Virus record (IMG/VR): IMGVR_UViG_3300030207_000478
Span: 1 to 34,165 of that record
Length of the DNA: 34,165 bases
Source of the DNA: a virus
Taxonomy: Duplodnaviria > Caudoviricetes
Strand: one strand, 5' to 3'
The notes beneath the pieces are model-generated. The model did no database searches and had not been told where the DNA came from. It saw only the letters and a list, made by a program, of their open reading frames with translations. Shown in pieces: positions 1 through 9,169 of this stretch (positions are counted from its first letter, which is position 1; every line of letters begins with the position of its first letter). A program made the position numbers and the translations under genes.

Positions 1-1
1 A

Positions 2-886
2 GATGATAGCAGAATTATAGGCATTGCAACAGATATTGAAAAGCAGTTAAAAAGAGATTTTTGCGACAATGCACAGCTATTTTTTGAAGATGATTTAAGC
101 GGCTTTTATAGTCAAGAAAATAAAGATTATATATATACAAATAATGGCTCTTGCATGAATAAAAAGCCCGCAACATATTTTGAGATATACGAAAAGTTTA
201 TAAATACAAAGGCTCAAATAGTAGGATTAAAAGTTGGGAGGCGGGTAGTTGCTCGGGCTATTCTTTGGACAAAGACAATTAAAGAAACACATTCAGGGCT
301 AGGGGTAGAGATTGAAAGCATTAAAGACAAAAAATATTATCTTGACAGAATATATATTTGCAAAGAATTTGAGAACAGCATACAAGCAGAACTTCAGAGC
401 AAACTATATAATCAAATTAAAAGAGCTTTGCGGCTTGACTTATTAAATTGTTATAGTATATCACACATAAAAAATCTTTATAAAGATATAGAGAAAGCAA
501 AAACAAATGGTAGACAATATCCAGATTTTGCGATTCAGATCAGCCAAGACAATTTTTTTAATCTTACCCACTACCCTTATATGGATTCATTCAGATGGGG
601 CGAAGAAACAAGCAATAATATAATTTTTGACATGGATGAAGATAAAATAGATTATATTTTAGAAGATACAAGCGGAGATTATACAGAAGGCGGTGGCGGT
701 GTTTGTGAGTGTTGCGGTGAGAGATTCCACGAAGATGACTTGTATTGGTCAGAAGCAGAGGGCGAACAAATTTGTGCTGATTGCGGCGTATATGTAGAAG
801 AAAGAGATGACACAATAAGGGAAGAGTACACCATTTACAATGAGTATACGCAAAATTATCATTATAAATATGATTTAAACTATTAA
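2..886 (+). CDS. 5'-truncated conserved phage protein (GSCM / ARAILW / YLDRIY / YPYMDSF motifs) with C-terminal Zn ribbon
   Basis: The frame is open from base 2, so the track's start at 155 is the M of GSCM and internal. C-terminal CECC...CADC. Function unknown. Confidence 0.75.
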   Translation, partial: DDSRIIGIATDIEKQLKRDFCDNAQLFFEDDLSGFYSQENKDYIYTNNGSCMNKKPATYFEIYEKFINTKAQIVGLKVGRRVVARAILWTKTIKETHSGLGVEIESIKDKKYYLDRIYICKEFENSIQAELQSKLYNQIKRALRLDLLNCYSISHIKNLYKDIEKAKTNGRQYPDFAIQISQDNFFNLTHYPYMDSFRWGEETSNNIIFDMDEDKIDYILEDTSGDYTEGGGGVCECCGERFHEDDLYWSEAEGEQICADCGVYVEERDDTIREEYTIYNEYTQNYHYKYDLNY

Positions 887-911
887 CCTATTATTAACTA
901 AATTTATGCTT

Positions 912-1014
912 ATGACACACAAAAAAATTAACCCCTAACAATTTTAATAAGATTCCTTTTAATGATTATACAATAGCATTAATTGGTTTGTTATTCTTGA
1001 TTTTAGGATGTTAA
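912..1014 (+). pseudogene. small membrane-peptide gene interrupted by a 1-nt frameshift in an A7 run (or a sequencing error)
   Basis: Removing one A from 921-927 gives MTHKKLTPNNFNKIPFNDYTIALIGLLFLILGC*. Leader and start resemble those of the 29918 gene. Confidence 0.4.
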
Positions 1015-1074
1015 AAAAAATTGCAGCATTTAGAAAATATTTAAATAAAATGCTTTTTAAGTGCTGCTTTTTTT
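1013..1074. terminator. probable bidirectional intrinsic terminator
   Basis: Stem GCAGCATTTA (1023-1032) / TAAGTGCTGC (1058-1067), flanked by an A-run and a T-run, between converging units. Confidence 0.65.
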
Positions 1075-1203
1075 CTTTTTATACGCAAGTTTTTCAATAA
1101 AAAGTTATAAAAAAGATTTTAAAAAGTTTTTTTTAATAAAAAAGTCTAGAAAATTGATTCAAAATGATTTTTTTTTGCAAAAAGGGATTAAAAATCCTAA
1201 AAA

Positions 1204-1281
1204 TTAAAATTCCGTAATATTGTAAGTTGTTGTTCTTTGAGCTAATCTACATACACGCTCTAATTTTAAATCCAATTTCAT
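1204..1281 (-). CDS. micro-ORF, 25 aa MKLDLKLERVCRLAQRTTTYNITEF
   Basis: ATG lies 2 nt after the stop of the 1284-1352 micro-ORF, downstream of the leftward promoter. Confidence 0.4.
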   Translation of the reverse strand: MKLDLKLERVCRLAQRTTTYNITEF

Positions 1282-1283
1282 AA

Positions 1284-1352
1284 TTAGATATTCCAAGTTA
1301 TTTTTGGAGGTAATAATTGTATAGTTATTTTTCCAATTCTAAATTTAAACAT
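1284..1352 (-). CDS. micro-ORF, 22 aa MFKFRIGKITIQLLPPKITWNI
   Basis: A-rich leader; first ORF after the leftward promoter at 1428-1471. Confidence 0.55.
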   Translation of the reverse strand: MFKFRIGKITIQLLPPKITWNI

Positions 1353-1427
1353 GATTTGTGATTTTTGGTTATTAGGTTATCAAATATGCTAGTTGCGATA
1401 TGAGCAACAGCGTATTCTATAAGAATC

Positions 1428-1471
1428 CAAAGGTATAGTAAAAAAAATATAATTTCAAGAAGTTTTTGGAA
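1428..1471 (-). promoter_or_regulatory. leftward promoter: TTCCAAAAACTTC-N23-TACCTTTG
   Basis: Box at 1459-1471 (minus strand); perfect Bacteroidota -7 element at 1428-1435 (minus strand). Confidence 0.7.
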
Positions 1472-1510
1472 GTAAAAAAATTCTTAAAATGGAAACAAAT
1501 TCAATTTCAT

Positions 1511-1590
1511 AAAGGTTAGGGTTAGTATAGGGTATTTAATACTCTTAAAGATATAGATATGGTAAAAGTTAAAGTTATGAATAAAGACAG
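1511..1590. repeat. origin-like element, copy 1
   Basis: AGGGTATTTAATACTCTTAAA (1529-1549) is identical to 27019-27039 and is followed by a 6-bp-periodic AT-rich tract. Confidence 0.6.
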
Positions 1591-1601
1591 GTTAATAAAA
1601 T

Positions 1602-1645
1602 TTCTAAAAATTTCGTAGGAAATGTGATATATTTTGTTTTATTTG
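1602..1645 (+). promoter_or_regulatory. putative late promoter TTCTAAAAATTTC-N23-TTTATTTG
   Basis: 11/13 match to the box with the same 23-nt spacing; upstream of the packaging operon. Confidence 0.55.
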
Positions 1646-1658
1646 TAAAAAAAGAATT

Positions 1659-2069
1659 ATGGCTTTATACCATCCGCCCAAAACAATTACATCTAATGCT
1701 GCTCCTGCAATAACTGCAGACTTGGCTTATGAGAGTCATGGCAAGTGTGGCTACACTAGAATTTTAAGAGTAACAGGGGAGTTGGAAGATAGGGTTTTTA
1801 ATGCAGCCACAGAAGGTAAAGGTAATGCTTGGAAGATGGTTGTGTTAAGTGTAGGAACATATGCGGAAAATACAGAGTGTGGTTGTGATAATACAGGAAA
1901 GTTTGAGGCATTTACAGCTCTGAATATTAATATAAACGATTCTAATAAAATGGTGGGAGCTAAATTTGAACAAAATTTTGAGATAATGGCTGATATTACT
2001 TATGTTAGATTAGATAGAAGGGCTACAGATATGGTAGTTGTTCTTTATATGGATTGTACACAGTCATAA
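1659..2069 (+). CDS. hypothetical protein
   Basis: 136-aa ORF, first gene of the operon. Confidence 0.7.
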   Translation: MALYHPPKTITSNAAPAITADLAYESHGKCGYTRILRVTGELEDRVFNAATEGKGNAWKMVVLSVGTYAENTECGCDNTGKFEAFTALNININDSNKMVGAKFEQNFEIMADITYVRLDRRATDMVVVLYMDCTQS

Positions 2070-2101
2070 AATAAAAATATAAAATTTAAAAAAAATAAAA
2101 T

Positions 2102-2488
2102 ATGCCTTGCGAAGAATGTGAAAACGGATATTATAAATGGGGAAAGACAGGGGAGTGTGAATATGAAACTCTTGAAGATTGTCAATTAGCAAATCAAGGA
2201 GAATACCTAGAAGATGTGGTAAAAAAAGAAAAATATAATCACGAAGAAGATGTTGATTATGTTATGAATTTTACAGAAGAACAGATGGAGGAGCTTCATA
2301 CTAATGGAGAAGTTATAATACATGTTGAAGAAGATGGAAAAGAAATGGTAATTAAATTTACTTACACTCCTGAAGAAGTAGATGCTGAAGAATTAGAAAA
2401 AGAGTATGATAAGCTAACATCCTCAATGCTTGATGAGGAGCTAGATGACTATATAGATAAACTAGCCGACTCTATAAGAAAAATATAA
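2102..2488 (+). CDS. acidic hypothetical protein with N-terminal Cys motif
   Basis: 128 aa; CEEC...C...C; tightly packed with the next gene. Confidence 0.75.
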   Translation: MPCEECENGYYKWGKTGECEYETLEDCQLANQGEYLEDVVKKEKYNHEEDVDYVMNFTEEQMEELHTNGEVIIHVEEDGKEMVIKFTYTPEEVDAEELEKEYDKLTSSMLDEELDDYIDKLADSIRKI

Positions 2489-2489
2489 T

Positions 2490-2837
2490 ATGGCGGAAAC
2501 TTACAATGATTATCCTCAATCAGCAACCAATAACGCAAAAAGAGCGTTAAAGTGGAAAGAAGAAAATGGTAGTTCTTGTGGAACTCCTGTGGGATGGAAA
2601 AGAGCCAATCAAATCGCAAAGAGAGAAAAGTTGAGCCGCTCAACGATTGCAAGGGTTGCATCATTCAAAAGACATCAACAACATAAAGATGTTCCTTATG
2701 ATGAAGGTTGTGGAGGACTAATGTGGGACGCTTGGGGAGGAACAAGTATGATTGAATGGGCAATAAAAAAACTAGAGCAGATTGACAATCTTGATGCTTT
2801 AGTTGATGAGTTGGTAAACAGAATTAAAAAACTATAA
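2490..2837 (+). CDS. conserved phage head-module domain protein of unknown function
   Basis: YNDYP..A.NNA.RAL, CGT.VGW.RA.Q, CG.LMWDAWGG motifs, recalled from phage morphogenesis regions. Confidence 0.75.
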   Translation: MAETYNDYPQSATNNAKRALKWKEENGSSCGTPVGWKRANQIAKREKLSRSTIARVASFKRHQQHKDVPYDEGCGGLMWDAWGGTSMIEWAIKKLEQIDNLDALVDELVNRIKKL

Positions 2838-2838
2838 T

Positions 2839-3243
2839 ATGAGTGAAGATAAAAGGCACAAATTAAGAGAGAGTAATCTTAACAGATTAAACCCCTACAA
2901 AAACACAACAGAAAAATATTTTCCAAATGGAGGTAAAATAAATACTGAGGGAAGAAAGAAAGGAGAGAAAAATAATGTTACTGCTACAAAAATTAGCAGA
3001 AACGCTTTAACTTGGGCTTTAGAAGGGCACTCAACCAAAATAAGAATGGCTTTAGATAAATTATTTGACCAAAATCCTGAAGCTTACATAAATGCAGTTT
3101 CAAAACTACTTAACTACACAGTACCAAAATTATCATCTTCTGAAATAAATGATAATACAACAAAAAAAGTGAAAATAGAGTTGAATGATGATGTGAGCAT
3201 TGAGGAGCTAAGAGCAAAACTTGATGACATTGAAAACAACTGA
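2839..3243 (+). CDS. terS: terminase small subunit (probable)
   Basis: Overlaps the terL start; GRKKGEKN motif, helical body, Y.VPKL motif. Confidence 0.7.
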   Translation: MSEDKRHKLRESNLNRLNPYKNTTEKYFPNGGKINTEGRKKGEKNNVTATKISRNALTWALEGHSTKIRMALDKLFDQNPEAYINAVSKLLNYTVPKLSSSEINDNTTKKVKIELNDDVSIEELRAKLDDIENN

Positions 3244-4681
3244 TGACGCTATTAAATTTGCATTAGAAAAAAAATTATGCGAATTATCATTCTATGAGTT
3301 TTTTAAACGAGCTTGGCATATCGTTGAACCTAGTATTGAGCTGTCTACTAATTGGCATCATAAATACTTATGCGATATATTACAAGAAGAAGCAGAAAGA
3401 ATAATAGCTAATAAACCAAAAACGAAAGATATAGTTATAAATATACCCTTTCGTTCTACAAAATCACTTTTAGTTACAGTTATGTTTCCTGTTTGGAGTT
3501 GGATTAAGAATCCAAAATTCAGATTTATAACAGCTTCATACTCTGCAGAACTTTCAATAGAACATTCAACAAGAAGTAGGGATATAATAAACTCATCTTG
3601 GTTTAAAGATAGATGGGGAGAATTGTTTCATATTAAAAAAGACCAAAATCTAAAATCAAGATATGAAAATAATTTTTTGGGGGTTAGGAGAGCGACAAGT
3701 GTAGGAGGAACAGTTACAGGGCAGGGGGGAGATTTTTTGATAGTTGATGACCCTGTATCTCCCCAAAATGCAGCTTCTGAAATAGAAAGGGAAAATGCTA
3801 ACGAATGGTATAGAACAACATTCTACTCAAGACTTAATAATCCTCTAACAGGAATAAGAATAGTTATTATGCAAAGAATACATGATAACGATTTAAGTGG
3901 TTTTTTATTATATGGACAAGACAGCAGGCTAAAATATAAGCATATTTGTATTCCCGCAGAATTATCAGATGATGTAAAACCAAAAAATTTAGAAAAATTT
4001 TATGACAAAGATGGTTTGTTTTGGACAGATAGATTTAGTAAAAATATTCTTGATGATTATAAACAAGCTTTGGGTAGCTATGGATACGCAGGACAGCTTA
4101 TGCAAACTCCAACACCTCTAAATTCAGGAATGATAAAAGCTGAATGGCTAAAAATTGATAAATTTAAAATGGTAGATGTTGGAGAGGTGTCAGTAGTTGA
4201 TTTTGTCATAGACCCTGCATATACATCTAACGAAAAAAATGACCCTTCAGCATTGTTAGCATATATATTTAAAGATAACAGGTGGCAAATTATAGATTGT
4301 ATAAATGTTCACAAAGAATTTCCTGATTTAGTTAAATTTATACCTCAATGGGTGCAAAAAAATGGATACACTAACAGAAGCAGGGTATATGTAGAGCCAA
4401 AAGCTTCAGGAAAGTCTATTGTACAAACATTGCAAAAAGAAACAGGATTAAATGTTAGAGAAGATAAACCACCATCAAAAGACAAGGTTGCTAGAGTTCA
4501 AGACATCTCTGCAACACTAGAGAGTGGAAGGGTAAGTTTGTTGAGTGGTAAATGGAATGAGGAGTTTATACAACAGCTTGTAAAATTTCCATCAGCAAAA
4601 CATGATGACATGGTAGATTGTTTAGTGATGGCTATAAATAAAAATATGTGGAATAACGCAAAAATTGTATATTTTTCGTGA
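3221..4681 (+). CDS. terL: terminase large subunit
   Basis: Walker A-like IPFRSTKS, Walker B LIVDDP, MQR.H..DL, nuclease motifs VIDPA and HDDMVD. Confidence 0.95.
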   Translation: MMTLKTTDDAIKFALEKKLCELSFYEFFKRAWHIVEPSIELSTNWHHKYLCDILQEEAERIIANKPKTKDIVINIPFRSTKSLLVTVMFPVWSWIKNPKFRFITASYSAELSIEHSTRSRDIINSSWFKDRWGELFHIKKDQNLKSRYENNFLGVRRATSVGGTVTGQGGDFLIVDDPVSPQNAASEIERENANEWYRTTFYSRLNNPLTGIRIVIMQRIHDNDLSGFLLYGQDSRLKYKHICIPAELSDDVKPKNLEKFYDKDGLFWTDRFSKNILDDYKQALGSYGYAGQLMQTPTPLNSGMIKAEWLKIDKFKMVDVGEVSVVDFVIDPAYTSNEKNDPSALLAYIFKDNRWQIIDCINVHKEFPDLVKFIPQWVQKNGYTNRSRVYVEPKASGKSIVQTLQKETGLNVREDKPPSKDKVARVQDISATLESGRVSLLSGKWNEEFIQQLVKFPSAKHDDMVDCLVMAINKNMWNNAKIVYFS

Positions 4682-4682
4682 T

Positions 4683-4726
4683 TTCCAAAAACTTCTAGTG
4701 TAATATAAAAAAAATTGATATAATTG
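4683..4726 (+). promoter_or_regulatory. putative late promoter TTCCAAAAACTTC-N23-TATAATTG
   Basis: Exact box at 4683-4695, -7-like element at 4719-4726, upstream of the tail operon. Confidence 0.65.
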
Positions 4727-4747
4727 CGAAATAATAAGAAAATCTTT

Positions 4748-5170
4748 ATGAAGATAAGCAGCCTAAACCAAGAGCATGAAATTATTTTACATAAATATGT
4801 AAAATTTGTACAAGGCGTTGTTTATCATGCAACAGAGCATTCTCAAGAGAAAAAATTTTCTGATTTTAACGAAATTATAGAAAATATAATAGATTATACT
4901 AATGCTTATGACAAATATGTAAAAAGCAACTCAAAATTAATGGAAGTTGCATATATGACTCCAAACTTAATGCTTTATGCGTGTATGGGGTTCTTGTCAG
5001 GAGTAAAAAATAAAAAAAATACAAATACTATTGAGATTCTTTCAGAAGAACTTTTTGAAAGAACAGTAGATTTTATAGGAGAAACAACAGATATACTACA
5101 AGATATTAAAATAAAAGAAGATTTTCAAAAAAAAATACTAACAAATCAGACAAATGAGCATAACAATTAG
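4748..5170 (+). CDS. hypothetical protein
   Basis: ATG at 4748 preferred because the track's TTG start at 4724 lies inside the promoter. Confidence 0.7.
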   Translation: MKISSLNQEHEIILHKYVKFVQGVVYHATEHSQEKKFSDFNEIIENIIDYTNAYDKYVKSNSKLMEVAYMTPNLMLYACMGFLSGVKNKKNTNTIEILSEELFERTVDFIGETTDILQDIKIKEDFQKKILTNQTNEHNN

Positions 5171-5843
5171 CATAAATAAACAAGGAAAAGAGCAAGAGGT
5201 TAAAATTCCTGTAGATTGGAAAGATATGACTATTAAATACTTTGGTCAGTTAGCAACAATTATTTCAAAACACCATAATGACGCTAAAGAAGGAAAAAAT
5301 GAAGAAGCATCTGAAGAATATGACCCTTTTTCATCACAAAAAATAGAGCTTGATGATATGCAATTATTAAGTATGAATCAAGATATATTCGCATATGTTA
5401 CGGGTTTACCTAGAGAAGAAGTTAAGCTTGTTGAAAACCATAAAATAGCTAAAGTTTTAGAGGTTATGGGAATGCTTTCTGAAGAATATAAATACAAGGG
5501 GGTCAGAAGTTTTGTTTTTGAAGGGGAAGAATACTTTTTCCCTTCAGAATTTTTTAAAAGAGAGACTTTTGGGGACTATATTGAATCTACGCAACTTGAT
5601 ATGTACATAAAAGATATGCAAAATGGAAGATTTGATGTTTTGCCTGAGCAAATGGCAATATTATGTAGGAAAAAAGACGAAGTGTATCATGAAGATGCTA
5701 TTCCCGAAAAAGCTAAAAAATTTAGCAATATAACAATGGACATAGCTTGGGAGTTCGCTTTTTTTTTGACCAATCAAAGCGAAAAATTACAGAGACTTTT
5801 CCCTACATCTTTTCCCCTCAACAAAGACGAGCAGGAGGCGTGA
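5154..5843 (+). CDS. tail assembly chaperone (gpG-like)
   Basis: IPVDWKDMT and TFGDYI motifs; slippery T9 near the 3' end. Confidence 0.7.
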   Translation: MSITISINKQGKEQEVKIPVDWKDMTIKYFGQLATIISKHHNDAKEGKNEEASEEYDPFSSQKIELDDMQLLSMNQDIFAYVTGLPREEVKLVENHKIAKVLEVMGMLSEEYKYKGVRSFVFEGEEYFFPSEFFKRETFGDYIESTQLDMYIKDMQNGRFDVLPEQMAILCRKKDEVYHEDAIPEKAKKFSNITMDIAWEFAFFLTNQSEKLQRLFPTSFPLNKDEQEA

Positions 5844-6070
5844 ATACAGACGGATTATATAAGACATACATACAGCCATTTGGGTGGCTAAATAGCCTTT
5901 ATATGCTTGCGGAGAAGAAAGTGTTTGATATAGATGGCAAAAATGGAATAGATAGCGTAAAAGAAACTAATTTATATAATGTTATGACTTATTTGAGTTG
6001 GATAACAGCAAAAAACACATTTGAAAACAAAGTTCAAGAAAAAATACACAATCCAAACAAAGTAATGTAA
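5759..6070 (+). CDS. -1 frameshift extension of the tail assembly chaperone (gpGT-like)
   Basis: T TTT TTT at 5759-5765; overlapping -1 frame open to 6070 with an FGW...LY.LA motif. Confidence 0.75.
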   Translation, partial: FFFDQSKRKITETFPYIFSPQQRRAGGVNTDGLYKTYIQPFGWLNSLYMLAEKKVFDIDGKNGIDSVKETNLYNVMTYLSWITAKNTFENKVQEKIHNPNKVM

Positions 6071-6071
6071 T

Positions 6072-7268
6072 ATGGCGATAATAAGATTAACAGATATAGT
6101 AGAAACAATGAAAACTAAATGGACTTATGGAGATAAGTTTTTTGGCTATACAGAAGAATTTAATGATAATCACAACACTCAGTACCCATCAATTTTAATT
6201 AGTCCTCCAAATTCTACATATCCTGAAATTATGCCTAGAAACGGATGGGAATTTTATTCTTTTACAATATATTTTTCAGATTTATACAACAATACACAAC
6301 AACAAAACGAAAGCATTCAGCAAAGATGGGACAACTTACAAGATTTAGCTAACGAGTGGCTAGATATGTTTCTTAAAGCCTACAATGGGTCTGACGAAGG
6401 CAAAACAGTTCTTTCTAATTTAACAGATGATGGCGTTACAGTTGAAAGAGTTAAAGAAGTTGCTAATGATAAGCTTCTTCAAATAAGAATGAATTTTGGA
6501 TACAGAATATTTAGCAAGTGTTTTACGCCTGTGTCTACTTATCCAAATCAAATTAGTAATTTAACATCTTGGTTTAGAGCAGATAGCAATGTAACATTTA
6601 GCATACCAACAAAAAAGGTAAGTTCTGTTGGAAATAACATGGGAAGCATTATTTCAAACTCAAACACAGATTCTCAACCTTTAAGGTATAGCTATGGAGG
6701 GCTTTTAGATAAAACTATACTTACTTTTGATTCGGACAGCTTGCTTTCAGCTCAAAACTTTACAACAGGGGGGCCAACTGCTGAAGAATTTACAATATTT
6801 GAGGTAAGTAAAATAAATACCGCTAGTCAATCTGTTTTTGGATATTTTGAGCTAGCTACAGGAGTTTCTATTGAAATGGGATTAAGTGCTACGGGGCATT
6901 ATACAGCTTCAATTAGTGATGGAACAACAACCTTAACGGCTTCTGCAGGGACTTCAGAGCCCGGCACATACCATATAGGTTGTTTGAGAAAACAAAACAA
7001 ATCAATTTTTGTAGATTACAAATCTGCAACAGCTTCTAGTAATTTAACAGATTATGATGCGGCTTTTGACATGAGTAAGTCTTTTGAGCAAGAGAAGTTT
7101 ATAATAGGTTGTGGTAGAGAAAGTGATGGTCTTGTTCCTCCCGCAATAACAAATGTTAGATTTATGAAAGGAAACCTACACGAGGTTATTATTTATGATA
7201 GAAAGCTGTCAGATGATGAGATGGCAAAAATAGATGATTATTTAAACAAAAAATATAAAATATATTAA
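6072..7268 (+). CDS. tail terminator-like domain fused to a LamG/concanavalin A-like domain
   Basis: N-terminal ~150 aa with YPSILI; C-terminal LTSWFRADS ... GNLHEVIIYDRKLS...IDDYLNKKY. Confidence 0.6.
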   Translation: MAIIRLTDIVETMKTKWTYGDKFFGYTEEFNDNHNTQYPSILISPPNSTYPEIMPRNGWEFYSFTIYFSDLYNNTQQQNESIQQRWDNLQDLANEWLDMFLKAYNGSDEGKTVLSNLTDDGVTVERVKEVANDKLLQIRMNFGYRIFSKCFTPVSTYPNQISNLTSWFRADSNVTFSIPTKKVSSVGNNMGSIISNSNTDSQPLRYSYGGLLDKTILTFDSDSLLSAQNFTTGGPTAEEFTIFEVSKINTASQSVFGYFELATGVSIEMGLSATGHYTASISDGTTTLTASAGTSEPGTYHIGCLRKQNKSIFVDYKSATASSNLTDYDAAFDMSKSFEQEKFIIGCGRESDGLVPPAITNVRFMKGNLHEVIIYDRKLSDDEMAKIDDYLNKKYKIY

Positions 7269-7271
7269 GAT

Positions 7272-9167
7272 ATGAGTCAAGCAGCAAGAGGGTCAGTAGC
7301 ATGGGGGCAAATTCCATTATGGTTTAGTACAGGAGGTCAAAGTACAAATATGTATACCCAACAAAAGGGTGCTTCTGCAAATTATATAGTATCGGCAAAT
7401 ATGCCTATGATTTATCAAGCAGTTTGGACTGCAACAAGTCCCGACTCTAACGAAACATATATCCCGCAACAAGCGGGAGATGTTGTAAACGCTATTTTTA
7501 AAGTGTATGCTACCACAGATTATCCTCCACCCGCAAGTACCACTGATTATGATTTAATAGGTACTATTAAAAAGTCAAGAGACCTTCCTAATGTAAATTA
7601 TTACGACTCTAATGTCCCTAACAGTCAAAGGTTTACAGTTAATATTCAAAAAATAGTAGCAGACCAACTCTCATACAATTTATGCCCTATAGGAGCGGGT
7701 TCTACTAATTCTCTTACATTTGGTGGTATGAATGGAGGGGCAAGAGTTCAAGATAATATTACAGAAATGGTAAGCCCTTACAATTTAAGCCGTAACGGGC
7801 AATTTAGAAGGATAGTGGTTCGTGTAGATTTTGAGGTTTTAGACTCCAATCTGCAAATAGTTACATCAACTACATCTCTTGCTACCGCTCCTACAGTTCA
7901 CGCTTTAAATGCTACTGTAGATTTTAGACAGTCAAACTACTTTTACTCAAATTTTTTATTAAATGAATGGTCTGTTACTGAATCAAAAAAATCAAGAGCT
8001 TTAACTCGCTGCCCTAATGTAACTACATATGATTCTGGGACTCCTGTATATAAAAAGCCTATGCGTTTAGACTCTCAAGGAGAGTTTTTGTCTTTTTATG
8101 TGAGAAGCACTTTTAATGGTAGTTTTAATGAAGATGTTTCTAATGTTTATGAAGTGTATGGGAAGGCTTTTTATACTGACGGAACAGATGAAGATTTTGT
8201 TTTAGGCTCTACTTGGTCTTATCCTGTAAACAACGACCCTACAAATATAGGAGAGAGAATACAATCAGATTTATCAAACACATTTGTATATAATTCTGCT
8301 ACAGATATAAATGGAGAAACATATACAGGGACAAGTGATACTCAATTCGCTCAATATCAAAACAACCCTGCTATTCAAAATGTTGGAGCCGCTTATATTG
8401 ACGACCATGCCTATCCTCCTCAAAACGCTACTTATCCATACACAGGAACTCAATTCTCTCCTATAAACCACGCTACAAAAACTTGTACACATTATTATGT
8501 TTATGTAAGAAGCGTTTGGTTTCATAACACAGGGAGTGCCCCTACAAACACTTGGGTACAAAATAGAAAGTCTAGTGTTTATTGGTATTTTATAGATGAT
8601 GAGCAAGAGCCTAAAGCTTTCCCTTTTGTTAAGTTTTATTGGCTAAACAGCGTTGGAGGAATAGACACTTATACAGCAAAAAGAAATACTTTGGAGTCTG
8701 TTTCTGTTCAAAGAACTTTATCAAGAAGCCAACAAGCAAATAAAAGATATAATCAAAGTAATAATTCTGACGCTTTTACAATTAAAGACTATATCAGTCA
8801 AACGACTAGAGGTTATGACACTTATAAAGGTGGGTTAGAGGTTACTTCTGTTGATGTTCAAGAAAACAACTCGGTATATACAGAGCCTATGAACAAGAAT
8901 GTTTCTAAATGGCTTTCTGAGTTAATAACATCTCCAAATGTTTGGGTAGAGGATTCGGCAGAAGATAGTACGGTAATGCCTGAATATAAGGATACATTCG
9001 CTTATACTACTAATTTATTTAATGACACTATGAGGCCTGTAGGCAAGATTTATAAGCCCGTTGTAATAACTAATTCAGAGGTAGTAACAGTAGACGAAGA
9101 ACAAGGGTTGGTTTCATTTAATATACAATACACTCCTTCTTATAAAACAACTACCCAAAGAAACTAA
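7272..9167 (+). CDS. tail structural protein (distal tail-like)
   Basis: FYWLNSVGGIDTY and WLSELITSPNVW motifs typical of Bacteroidota siphophage tail genes. Confidence 0.7.
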   Translation: MSQAARGSVAWGQIPLWFSTGGQSTNMYTQQKGASANYIVSANMPMIYQAVWTATSPDSNETYIPQQAGDVVNAIFKVYATTDYPPPASTTDYDLIGTIKKSRDLPNVNYYDSNVPNSQRFTVNIQKIVADQLSYNLCPIGAGSTNSLTFGGMNGGARVQDNITEMVSPYNLSRNGQFRRIVVRVDFEVLDSNLQIVTSTTSLATAPTVHALNATVDFRQSNYFYSNFLLNEWSVTESKKSRALTRCPNVTTYDSGTPVYKKPMRLDSQGEFLSFYVRSTFNGSFNEDVSNVYEVYGKAFYTDGTDEDFVLGSTWSYPVNNDPTNIGERIQSDLSNTFVYNSATDINGETYTGTSDTQFAQYQNNPAIQNVGAAYIDDHAYPPQNATYPYTGTQFSPINHATKTCTHYYVYVRSVWFHNTGSAPTNTWVQNRKSSVYWYFIDDEQEPKAFPFVKFYWLNSVGGIDTYTAKRNTLESVSVQRTLSRSQQANKRYNQSNNSDAFTIKDYISQTTRGYDTYKGGLEVTSVDVQENNSVYTEPMNKNVSKWLSELITSPNVWVEDSAEDSTVMPEYKDTFAYTTNLFNDTMRPVGKIYKPVVITNSEVVTVDEEQGLVSFNIQYTPSYKTTTQRN

Positions 9168-9169
9168 CT

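Noticed and set aside
1085-1200. A/T-run repeats (GTTTTT..AATAAAAAGT twice)
   Set aside because: Low complexity; cannot be distinguished from background by eye
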